Of a DNA stretch of 64,000 bases, positions 49,504 to 61,352 are shown piece after piece. A program made the position numbers and the translations under genes. The notes beneath the pieces are model-generated. The model made no database searches, was not told where the DNA came from, and was given only the letters and a program-made list of their open reading frames with translations. The DNA is from Nymphaea colorata (Eukaryota): NCBI RefSeq assembly GCF_008831285.2, contig NC_045138.2, forward strand, positions 3,906,001-3,970,000, in the 5' to 3' direction. The stretch's first letter is position 1, and every line of letters starts with the position of its first letter.

Positions 49504-52500
49504 AGTAATCACCCCAAATTTTTTTAAAGGACTATGATGTTTTATCCAAGTGCGAAATTCAAATTTAGGCACAAGATTTCCAAAATACAACTTTCAGATC
49601 CAAATTAAATCCAAAATACAACTTTCAGATCCAAATTAAATCCAAAATACTACTTTCAGATCCAAATGAAATCCAAAATACTACTCTTAGATCCAAATTA
49701 AATCTAAAATACTACTTTCAGATCCAAAACCCAAGTTCAGATCCAAATCAATCATTTAAGACTAATTTGCCCTTCCTTTTGACCAAAAACCTCCTTTTAG
49801 AGGGTGATTTTAGTCTTTTTGGGAAACAAGACCAATTTGTCTCTCCTTTTGACCAAAAAAACATCATTTTAGAGGGTGATTTTAGTCTTTTTTTTAAACA
49901 AGACCGATTTGCCCCTCCTTTTGACCAAAAAACCTCCTTTTAGAGGGTGATTTTAGTCTTTTTTTTAAACAAGACCGATTTGCCCCCCCCCCCCTTTGAC
50001 AAAAAAACCTCCTTTTAGAGGTTGATTTTAGTCTTTTTTGCAAACAAGACCGATTTGCCCCTCCTTTTGACCAAAAAACCTCTTTTTAGATGGTGATTTT
50101 CGTCTTTTTTTTAAACAAGACCGATTTGCCCCCCCTCCCCTTTGACAAAAAAACCTCCTTTTAGAGATTGATTTTAATTTTTTTGGTAAACAAGACCAAT
50201 TTGCCCCTCTTTTTGACCAAAAAACATCCTTTTAGAAGGTAATTTTAGTCTTTTTAGGTGGACAAGACCCATTTGCAACCAAAAAATCTCCTTTTAGAGG
50301 GTGATTTTAGTCTTTTTAGGTCAAAAAAATTCAAATTTTGGATTTTGACTCTAAAATCCTCTATAAATACCCCCCATATCCTCCCTCTTGGGCAAGATTG
50401 GTCTTTGCGAGAAACTCTAGTGTATTTTTACTTGAAGACTTAGAGTTTCTCTTGAGCTCTCTCTCTCTCCCTCTTCCTCTTTTCATTTCCTTCTCCAACT
50501 TAGAGCAAGCTAGAACACTCTTGGAGCTTCATTCAAAAGGGGATCGTCAAGTAAAGGTGTTCATCTTTCTTAGGTCATTTCCCATTCGATGTATGTAATC
50601 TTCATCCCTCTCATTTCTCTCTTCTTTCTTTTCATTAATATTCTTATTATTATGCTATCTCTTTTTCTTAAACATAGTCTTGTTGTTGTTTTCATTTTCT
50701 CTTCTTATCTTCATCTCTCCATGGCCAAAGGAGATAGCACTCAACCTCTTTTTAGAGACAAGAGGCTATGCTCAAGTGCACCGGAAGTATGAGAAGATGA
50801 GATAATATTTTATTTTATGATTAAATCATGCTCTTTCAAGTATTCTTGTTGTTCTTGTTTTTTCTCTTTATTAATGTCTTCTTGTTTTTTCTTCTCTTCA
50901 ATATATTCTTGTTGTTCTTTTCTTTAATAAACATATTTTTGTTGTTATTGTTATTTCATTTTTTTTCAGTATAGTCTTGTTCTTGTTATTTTCTTTTTTT
51001 TTCTTCCTCCTCTTTCCATGACCAAAGGAGATAGCCTTCAATCTCTTTTTAGAAACAAGAGGTTATGCTCAAGTGCATTGGGAGCATGAAAAGATGAGAG
51101 GATCTTTCATTTCTTGATTGAATCATGCTTTCTCTTTTATTAAATATAACATTGTTTCTCTTTCTACATTTTCTCTTCATCTTCATCTTCCCATGGCTAA
51201 AGAAGGTAGCTTTCAATCTTTTTTTAGAGACAAGAGGCTATACTCAAAGTACACCTGGAACATGGAAAGATGAGATGATCTTTCATTTTAATCATGTTCT
51301 TTCTTTTCATGAATACATTCTTATTGTTCTTTTGTTTCCTCTTATTTTCCTCTCTTCATTATTTCTCCATGGCCAAAAGAGATAGCTCTCAATCTCTATT
51401 TTAGAGTCAAGAGGTTATACTCAAGTGCACTAGGAACATGAGAAGATGAGGTGGTATATAAATTTATAGTTACATAATGTCTTCCCTCCTAATTGAACTT
51501 TACTTTTTCTATCATCCTCTTTCTTTCTTTCCTTCCTTGAATGTTATCTATATATTATGCATGTATAGTTGTTTGGATCTTTACTTACATGTGAATGTAT
51601 GGCAGGAATGAGAGTGTGGTTTGGGGACTCTTTATTTTCATATTAATTTTTGAGGTTGGGACTTGTCCAACCCGGGATAAACCCTCACGAAAATGTACAT
51701 GTTAATATGCATTTCCATGTCATTTTGCGCTAATTTCCTTTTTAATCATCACATTAGGAACCCTAACGAGTGCCTCGTTATGTTGCTTGTTTTCTTCCAT
51801 ACCCAACGGTGGAAGAAATATATCTCTTACAACAAACTAAATAATAACATTCTATGCTTATATAAATCATATTTTCTAAAACATTTTCAAAAAGAACTTT
51901 CTAACATGGCCTTAGGGACTTAGCTTAGACTCTTGCATGAGTCCAAGCTCCCCTCTAGCCCACATCAAACTTGAAGTTGGTAATTTTAAGTTGTTCTTTG
52001 ATTTTTCTAATCTTGTGAAGGTATGGATGTATACACATGTTATATACATTTATACCAACATAATGACCCTCATCTTTCTCTCTCTATGCTTTCATTTTCT
52101 ATTTTATAAATTTTCATATGTGCATGAATACGTATGTACATGTGTTCCATTTCCTCTCTTTCAAATATTTATTTCTCTTTTCAAGACAAATATCTTCTCT
52201 TATAAAATTTCTCATACCCATATATGCGTATGATGTTTTTCTTTTCCTCTAAAATCTCTCTTTCTCTTCGAATCAATACATCTTTTTCTCTTAAACTTTC
52301 ATATATGTGTATATGTAATGGTATGTATACATGTATGCATGTCTTTCTCTATATCTCTCTCTTTCCTTTCATAAGAGTGTTTTATCTCTTGTATTCTTTT
52401 TAACATTCTCATCTCATGAACTTTCTATATACCAACTTCAATAAGACCACAAACCAAGTAATGACCCAATATTAGAATCATGCTTGATGGTCTACAATCT

Positions 52501-53024
52501 CTATCCCTTTTCAAAAAATTTTTCCTTCTTATATACAATAATTATAACAACGAAATCTTAGATGTATGTTGTGGTAGGAATGACATTAGATGAATGTTGT
52601 GGTAGAAATGTTTTACATTTTTTTTAATCATATAGGGTAAATGCATCCATGCATTCTCACCCACTTTATTTAACTTATGATCACAAGCACCTCTCCAAAA
52701 GAAGGGATGGAGCTCTAGGTAGGTGGTAACCGAATTAGAACAAAATCTCAAACCTACTTAAAGTCTTAAGAGAACACTAAAGTGATTTCAAAATGATTTC
52801 ACAAGTTTTTCAAATGATATTTACTAGTTCCACTTTTTCCTCAAAACATTTCACATTTTTAAGCAATTCTTCAAGAACCTTTTCAAAAGTTTGAAACTTC
52901 AAACTTTCAGTATTTTCTACACCGCATATAGAATCAAAAAGATGTTTAAGTTAAAACGAGACTTCAAAACAAATGAAAATTTTGGGAGAACTCCAAAACA
53001 AATGAAAATTTTGGGATGCAAACA
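49504..53024 (+). repeat. Ogre 5' LTR (~3.5 kb) containing 5x31-bp and ~8x72-bp tandem arrays, a TATA box (~50363) and four dispersed ~100-bp fold-back units
   Basis: Starts AGTAATCACCCC (the copy ending at 23643 has TGTAATCACCCC) and ends GCAAACA before the PBS. Confidence 0.85.
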
Positions 53025-53949
53025 AATGGCGACCGTGATGGGAACCGTCATCGTTTGGCTATGATTATAATTGATGCATTTTCACTAATTTGAACATCTC
53101 ATATATTGTCAATGATAAAGCATGTCCCCTATTTTGGCCTCGACTTCATTGGCATTTCATTGCATTGTTTGGTGATTGTGATTATTTTCTTGCATATAGG
53201 ACTAATTGAGAATGATCAATTATGTTCACACATATCTATGATCACATACCACCCTTCTCAATTTAGGAGTTGTTTGAAAATCATGTTTGCTCTTCTATTT
53301 TAATCTTCAAACTTAGGCAACATTGCATTAGAGACAACTCATTTTATATGATTTCTGATATTTCAAAATTCCTCATACCTATTTGTCCCGGTCATCATGT
53401 TGTTGGGCTTGGTCTTTGGCGGTAGAACAAGACTAAGCCTTACAACTAGACCACACCTTGGGCGGGAACGCCCCCTCGTTAGTACCATGAGTGGTAATTT
53501 ATGGTATATCGACGAGTGATCAAGAAGAAGTTGATGAGCTCTATCCTTAGTTGCCTAAGGAAGAATCTGTGCTCGTACTAAGCCATTTGGCTAAGGTATA
53601 TAAGCATAACTTGATATCGGATTATCGTGACACAAAATTATCTCAATTAGGTTCCTATACCCAATTTTTTTTTTTAAAAAAAAGAAAATTATTTCATGAT
53701 AGATGTTTATGTGCGTGAAACCTTATGTGATGATTTGCAACCTCATTCTGCACATCTACCTCATATTGTCTTTGTCAACCTAGTCAATGTTTTCCACTAA
53801 TTCAATCTTTATCTTTTAGAGTCATCATTCAAGATGTATTCTTTCTAACGTGTTGTCACATTCCCTTATGATCACATCCTCTTTGGGGAAGGTCCCGAAC
53901 GGTCCACCTATATTTCTCTTGAGTCTCAACCTTTGGCTCCCGAATGGTA

Positions 53950-55020
53950 TCGGACTTGGCATCCCACCTTCTCTCGAATGTTTCCTTCTTACTTTGAAGA
54001 ATGTGGGTTAGAGACAGTGGCAGCTTGAGGAATGCAGTCAGTTGATGGAAATTTGGTACATGCAATCGCCGGGCGTTAGAACCCCAGGACCTCCTCTTTT
54101 TGGTTTCCATGGGAAGAAATGACAATATTACTAGATGAATTTGCCGAAATACTAGACCTCCCTACCCCAACTTGTGACCCAAATGATCTATTGGAAAAAC
54201 AATTCCTTATGAACCCAACCAAGGTCAATGCAAATGACCTCATTTCTCACTTTATTGGATGAAAAACTTGGCCTTTAGTAGAAAACCATGAAAATCAAAG
54301 CGTCAACATGAAAAATTTGTATGAAGAATTTGGAACCTATGTTGAACATTCTACCCTACCTCGAAAAGCCATAGGGAGAATTAAATATTGTATGATGCTC
54401 TGCACAGTAGGAGTGACCCTTTTTACCGATGGAAGTGACCTTTTAGATGTCCGTATTGCCCAACTTTTTCGAGTATAGGGACATAGAGGGACCCGACACT
54501 TGTCAGTAGCAATGACAGCCTTAACCTTCCTTTACCGAGGACTCACCCGTTTACCATTGGAGATATCGACTTCATAGAAGGATGCACATATGCTTTACAA
54601 TTGTGGTTCCTCAAGCATGCGGGACCCCAAGCCTGTCTATTCAGAAACACTGATGGATCATTGACAATATTGGAGCAATACCGTCGTTTGATCGAGCAAT
54701 TGAATGAAGGAAAGATCATTTGGGATTATTGTGATCGTTCATGGGCGTACCACACTCTTGGGCCCTTACTTCATAGTCGATTATTGTGCTGATAGATGTA
54801 TGAGACAGTTCTCTCAAAGGCAGAAGATGGTCTCTGTGCATGCACCAATTGGAGCTATTTCCGAATTTGACTTTAGTTCTCCTCAATGGATGGCATTGTT
54901 TGCAGTAGCTCGACAAGAATGAAAGACACAAATATCATACACTTGGTTCATAGGCCCAGTGGTGAAGAAGGAATATGCTGAGTGGTGGGATGCCAACCGA
55001 CCACCATCCATCCTTCCCTA
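53950..55020 (+). pseudogene. Decayed Ogre extra ORF1 (plant mobile domain-like)
   Basis: Manual translation gives FWFPWEEMTILLDEFAEIL (~54098), EGCTYALQLWFLKH (~54577) and LLGPYFIVDYCADRCMRQF (54704-54922). It lies upstream of gag, as in Ogre elements. Confidence 0.6.
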
Positions 55021-55192
55021 AAAGTTTTATGTTGTCAACTTTGTATTCCTTTTGTCGTTGTCATCTTTATTAGTATCTTTGGATGTAACTTTTAAAAACT
55101 TGTAATGCAATATGAACCTTCATTTTGTCATCATTTCCGTCCAATAACTCTATTTTCTTATGTCATAAGGTGAATACTTGAAAGCCAATAAG

Positions 55193-57930
55193 ATGGTTGA
55201 AACTAGATCGCAAGCTAAGCAGACTCCTCAAAACGAGGCTTCATCCTCTGAACTCCGTCCAGAAACACTTGGCCTCCCAGCAATCAAGCCAGAAGCTTAC
55301 TATATGTTTCGTTTGTTCATGGAGCGATTCATGAAAGAGCAAGAAGAGCAAAAGGCCTTGATGGTTACTCCAGAGCCGGATAATGAAAAGACTGCCAAGC
55401 AAAAAAGAAAGAAGAAAAATAAGTCTTTTGTTGAAAACCAGGATGAAGACTATTTGGGTTCAGATTCGGCAACTAGTAAAGAAGAAAAACCCGAACTGTT
55501 TTCTCTCATAAAGAAAAAGACAACAAAGAAAAATAAAAAGGGAAAAGATGTTATGATAGAAAACAGCCCACCCAAAAGGAAGAGAAAACCTACCAAGAAA
55601 GTCAAAAGACAAAGAAATACATCACTAGCAACAGCTCAGACAGTGAGAGTTCTGAAGAAAAAGTAAAGGAGATCAAGGGCAAGAAGAAAAAGACCAAGCC
55701 AGAATTGGTCGAATCAAGTGATGATGAAAGTCCGACTAAGCGCAGATTCTATGAAATGGAGAAAAGAATGAACAATCTTGAGCTTAGGGGAAGGGGAAAC
55801 GTTCATACTCATGTGAGGACTACTACCTTGGCATTGAAGGGGACGAAGACATGAAAGGCTTGCCCAGAGAATTCATCAGATATGATGGAACCACTTGTCT
55901 ACACGTTCATCTTTCAACATTTTTCAATGATTGGTACAAAATTCAGACAAATAACAGAGCTTTGTTCTGATATTTTTCAAGAAGTCTTGAAGGCATTGCC
56001 GCACAATGGTATAAAGAAAATATCAATCCAATCGAGCTGAAGGAGTTTGACAAGTTGATTAACATGTTTGTTGAAAGATTTGAACAAAATGCTCCCATGG
56101 CTCCAACCCTCAGTACCATTTGCAGTCTTCGTCAGAAACAGGGAGAAAATACTTGAGAATTCATCCAAAAATGGATAATTCAATGCAATAAGATGAAGGA
56201 GCCCATTTCTGAGACAAAGCCTTGTCACTCATTAGGAAAAATCTTGCCCAACCCTTGAAAAGTCTCATCCGCAATGCCCCGATCAAAACCTTTGCTGAGT
56301 TGGTTGAACAGGCAAAATCGATAGAAGAAGGGATTGAGGAAGGAGATTTTGATGGAATTATTGCTCCTAAGTACAAAGAAGATGGAAAGAAATGAGGAAT
56401 GACACAACTGCCTGCACAATTCATAGCCAATGCTGGTATTAGAAAGGACCATGATAATAACTACAAGCATGACAAGGGAGTCAGTTTCAAGAAGAACATA
56501 GTTTCTCAAAGGCGACGATGAAAGGAAAAATAAACAACCAGGTTGGAGCTACGACCGGAAATTCACTCATCTGAGCCAGTCTCGGGAGAAGATCCTGGAA
56601 TACCTTCTCGCCAAAGGAACTATCGTCTTGCCAAAAGTATCAGAGCCTCCGAAAATGATGGGAGGAAATAAAGAAAAACTGTGCAAGTTTCATCGTACCC
56701 CTGGTCATGACACTGAGGATTGTTTTGTCCTCAAAAATATTATTCAAGACTTTATCAACAAAGATCTCAAGATTTGTGATGATAGCACCCCTGAGATACT
56801 AAGGAATCCATTCCCTGACCATGGAAAGGCGGCAGTAGCCATGATCACTACAGGCACTCCACTTCCGTACCATCCACAAGAGCACATTCAACCTTATATT
56901 GGGAGCAGTTCACACAAAGTCATGGTGGTAGACCAATGTAAGGAACCTCTAGATTTCATTGCTATGATGAATGGCAGGATAGAAAGTTTGCCCAAGAAAC
57001 TTCCCATGATTCCAAAGACTTTTATCTTACAAGGCGACGAATCATCAAATGACTCCTCAGATGAAGATCCCTGCTATTTGGACGTTCTCCCCTTGGAAAA
57101 GCGTATGGATGAGGGAGACTCGATTCAAGATTCTAAAAATCAGTCAATTACCTTCTCAAAAAAAGACCTCTCAAAATGGGGATATTTCCATGAAGATGCT
57201 CTTTACATCGTTGTTCAGTTCAATGGGATGACGGTGCCACATGTTTTGGTTTATGAAGGAAGTGGTTTGAATATTTGTCCTGATCTCACGGCTAAAACAT
57301 TGGGGTTTCATGAAAACAAATATCGTTCTGATAATACCAAGATCTACGGATACGATGGCCGAGGCATGAACAGCAAAGGTACCCTCGACATGAATGTGAT
57401 CATTGAAAATACTAGCCATTGCATTGTATTTCATGTGATAGATGTACCACCATCATACAACCTGCTTTTGGGACGACCTTGGATCCATCAAGTACGAAGG
57501 ATCCCATCCACTCTTCATCAATGCCTGAAATGGAATTTTGGTCCATCAGTCATCACTGTCCGTGCTGAGGATCCGGTCGAGAGGTTGATGCAACCTATGC
57601 TCCCTCGGCCAATTGATCTGGTAGATGTACCGAACATAAGAACAACAAAGGACAGACCTTTGGAAGAATAGATGCAGAACATGGAGATAAGGGAACCATC
57701 CGGGAATGCTTATACTATTTCAAGCAATCATGCAAGTTACCAAGAACACCTATTGTATGTTCATTTCATGAAAAACCCCAAGGGTTTTCAGTTGCTTCTG
57801 AAAGGTGGCTACCGTCCATTCACTGGCCTTGGGAAAATGAAGATGGCATCTTGCAACCGATTAGCATCTCTTTTCAGATGAACATGAGAGGACTGGGATA
57901 TCATGAAGGAATTTGAAGAAGATCTTGGGG
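55193..57930 (+). pseudogene. Disrupted Ogre gag-protease with G-patch
   Basis: Start MVETRSQ, Zn knuckle CKFHRTPGHDTEDC, protease HVLVYEGSGLNIC (catalytic Asp lost) and YNLLLGRPWIH, G-patch-like GFQLLLKGGYRPFTGLGK. Frameshifts and stops are present. Confidence 0.85.
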
Positions 57931-58110
57931 GCTAATAGTATTCACTTTTGTTCCAAAATCCTCCCATGAATTTTGTAATTTTAAACATCTTTTTGTCTGG
58001 TCTCATGAGAGGACCCATTCTATGAACTAAGAACCTTTTTTTTATATATGCAAATGCAAGTAATTTTTGTTGTCAATTTCGTCCAACTCTTTCCTTTATC
58101 CTCTTTACAG

Positions 58111-61104
58111 GATGTCGGAACTCAATATGTCTCAATTTATTTTTTTTCCACGAAAGTCCCCCCAGAAAGCATTTATCGATCAAGCAGTCGATGAAATGGA
58201 ACCTATGGCAATACCCGAGTCAGAATTACCAGAATTCACTCAGATTCAGAAACAAGAACATCTTTCATCTTTGGTGAATGATCCAATTGAAGAAATTAAT
58301 ATTGTAACCATTGAAGATCCTAAAATTCTTCAAATTGGCACCAGTTTGTCAGTGGATGAGAAGAAAAGATTGATGGACTTTCTTATAAGTAACCAAGAAG
58401 CTTTTGCTTGGACTTATGAAGATATGCCAGGCTTAGACCCCCAATTGGTCGAACATTGTTTGCTCTTAAATCTTAATTACAAGTCGATTAAGCAAAAATT
58501 GCGCAAGCTTGACCCTCGACTAGAAGGCCCTGTAAAAGAAGGACTAGAGGACTTGCTAAAGGCAAAATTTATTTGTGCCATCGATTACCCCGAATGGTTG
58601 GCGAACATCGTGGTGGTCCCCAAGAAAAATGGCAAAGTTAGGTTGTGCATCGACTTTCGAGACTTGAACAAAGCCACACCGAAGGATGATTATCCTCTTC
58701 CAAACATTGATCTGTTGGTAGACAGTACTGCAGGCCATGCAATGTTTTCTTTCATGGATGGATATTCGGGATATAATCAAAACAAATTAGCAGTCAAAGA
58801 TCAACCTAAGACCGCTTTTACTACACGCTGGGGTACTTTTTGTTACACGGTAATGCCATTCAGGTTGAAGAATGCTGGAGCAACCTATCAAAGAGCCATG
58901 ACCGCCATCTTCCATGACCAGATGCATAAAATCATGGATGCATATATCGATGACATATTGATCAAATCCAAGACAAGAGAAAATCACATTGAAACTCTTG
59001 CCCAAGTATTCGAGAGGCTTTTACAATACAAGCTTCGCCTGAATCCTCAAAAATGTGTGTTTGGGGTTGAGTCAGGCAAACTGTTGGGTTTCATGGTTAG
59101 TAAGAAGGGAATTGAAATGGATCTTACAAAAGCTAAGGCAATAATTGATATGCCACCACCTACCAATATCAAGGAGTTGCGAAGCTTGCAAGGACGAATC
59201 CAATCCATCAGACGATTCATTTCTAATTTGGCCATGAGATGCGAGCCATTCAACCAGCTACTGAGGAAAGGTGTTAAGTTTGAATGGGGTTTTGAATGCC
59301 AACAGTCATTCGAAAGGATCAAGAAATACCTTCTAAATTCACCAATTCTAAAACCGCCAACGTTGGGCAGACCATTGCTGCTTTACATCACAGTGAATGA
59401 GTCAGCATGTGGCGGCTTTTTGGCACAATATGAGGAAGGAAGTCGCATCGAACATGCAATCTATTACATTAGCAAGACTTTTGTTCAGTACGAAAAGAAG
59501 TACTCTCCAATAGAGAAAACTTGTCTGGCATTGGTTTGGATGTGTCAGAAGTTGAGACATTATTTATTAGCTTTTGAGGTCCAGATACTCTCCAAACTAA
59601 ATCCTCTCAAGTACATCTTGGAACAACCATTCCTTAATGGGCGTATCGAAAAATGGCAAGTTCTGTTGATGCAATATGATCTTGAATATGTGTCTCAAAA
59701 GTCAATCAAAGGACAAGCAATTGCGGATCAGTTAGCAGACTTCCCTCAGTACGAAGAAATCAGAACAAATGATGAGTTTCCAGATGAACATGTACTAAGA
59801 TTGAAAATGGGTCCGACATTGAAGATGTACTTTGATGGGTCCAGAAATATGATGGGAGCAGGCATAGGCATCTTACTCATCACTCCAGAAAGCGAAATGA
59901 TCTCGTACTCTTTGAAACTTGATTTTCCATGAACATGGCTGAATATGAAGCCCTCATACAAGGACTTTGTTCTTTATTGAGTTTTCAAGTGAAAAGAGTG
60001 AATGCCTTCAGCGACTCTCAGCTTATTATAAATCAAGTGAATGGAGAATGGCAAGTCAAAGATGAAAAGTTGGTGCCATATCAAGAAATTGCTACCTCCT
60101 TAATCTGTCAATTCGAAGAAGTACAATTGGCTCACGTAAAGAGAGAAGGTAACCCTATTGCGGATGGCCTCGCGAGCTTAGGATCGACCATCACTTTTCG
60201 AACCAATGAAGCAATCCGTTCTTTTGAAATTGGAAGATTAGAACACCCTGTTTTTAAAACGATGGCGCATGTTCATCATATTCAAGGGGGAAATACGCCT
60301 TGGTACCATGACATCAAAAGGTACATTGAAAGCAGAGAATTTCTGACTGAAATGTCTAAAAATGAACAAAAGCAATACTATGTCAGTGAGGTACTTTATC
60401 CTAGCAGGGGTATTATATAGACGTGGATTTAGCACTGAATACATTCGGTGCCTTGATGAAGATGAGGCAAAGAAAGTAATCGAAGAATCACATCGAGGAG
60501 ATTGTGGAGGCCATGTTGGTTACCAAACCCTCACCAAACAAATAATTCGAGCAGGGTATTATTGGCCTACCATGCAAAAAGATTGTCACCAATTTGTCAA
60601 AAATGCAAAGAATGCCAACTGCATGCTTCAGTAATTCATGCCCCAGCCTCTCACTTGCATTCTGTGACATCTCCTTGGCCATTTTCAATGTGGGCCTTTG
60701 ACGTAGTTGGACCGATATCCCCTGCAGCTTCTAACGGCCATAAGTATTTTCTTGCTGCAACAGATTATTTTACCAAGTGGGTAGAAGTCGTCACACTCAG
60801 AACAGTGGAAGGACGTCATGTAGTGTCCTTCATTCACAAAAATTTCTTTGCAGATTTGGAGTCCCTCATGATATAGTATCAGACAACGGAACTCATTTCA
60901 AGAATGAAAGATGAGGCAATTGTGCAGCAAGTACCACATCACGCACCATTCAGCTCTTATTAGGCAATGGACACGCATCATTTTTCAGCTCCTTATTACC
61001 CCCAAGGCAATGGACAAGCAGAGGCTACCAACAAGATCCTGATCCGCATCTTGGAACGCGACAGTAGAAACTGGAAGAGATTGGCATGAAAAGATGCACA
61101 ACGC
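58111..61104 (+). pseudogene. Ogre pol: RT, RNase H, additional (archaeal-type) RNase H and partial integrase; frameshifted
   Basis: RLCIDFRDLNKATPKD, FMDGYSGYNQ, YIDDIL, YSPIEKTCLAL, MYFDGS..GAGIG, NMAEYEALIQGL..SDSQLI, HRGDCGGH..CKEC, WPFSMWAFDVVGP, TDYFTKWVE. Confidence 0.92.
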
Positions 61105-61204
61105 NNNNNNNNNNNNNNNNNNNNNNNNNNNNNNNNNNNNNNNNNNNNNNNNNNNNNNNNNNNNNNNNNNNNNNNNNNNNNNNNNNNNNNNNNNNNNNNN
61201 NNNN
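61105..61204. other. Assembly gap (100 N)
   Basis: Run of 100 N. Confidence 1.
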
Positions 61205-61352
61205 CTCACCACAGTCCAAATTAGGCAGTAGGCTTAGGGATGTCAATATATCCGATTTGAATCGGATATCCGACCGATCCGATCCGAAAAAACGGATATG
61301 GATAAAAATTTAATATCTGATTAAAAAATCGGATCGGATTCGGATTTAATAA

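Larger units (their letters stand above)
49504..61104 (+). mobile_element. Ogre/Tat-lineage Ty3/gypsy LTR retrotransposon, truncated in integrase by an assembly gap
   Basis: 5' LTR 49504-53024, PBS TGGCGACCGTGATGGGA at 53027-53043 (tRNA-Arg-like), extra ORF1 before gag, then gag, protease, G-patch, putative intron, RT, RNase H, second RNase H and integrase. Confidence 0.92.

Noticed and set aside
49580..51451. Repeat/spacer-like arrays resembling CRISPR
   Set aside because: Eukaryotic LTR context, long degenerate units, irregular spacers and no cas genes
50705..51451. Retrozyme / hammerhead ribozyme in the LTR
   Set aside because: No CUGANGA...GAAA core in the repeated units on either strand
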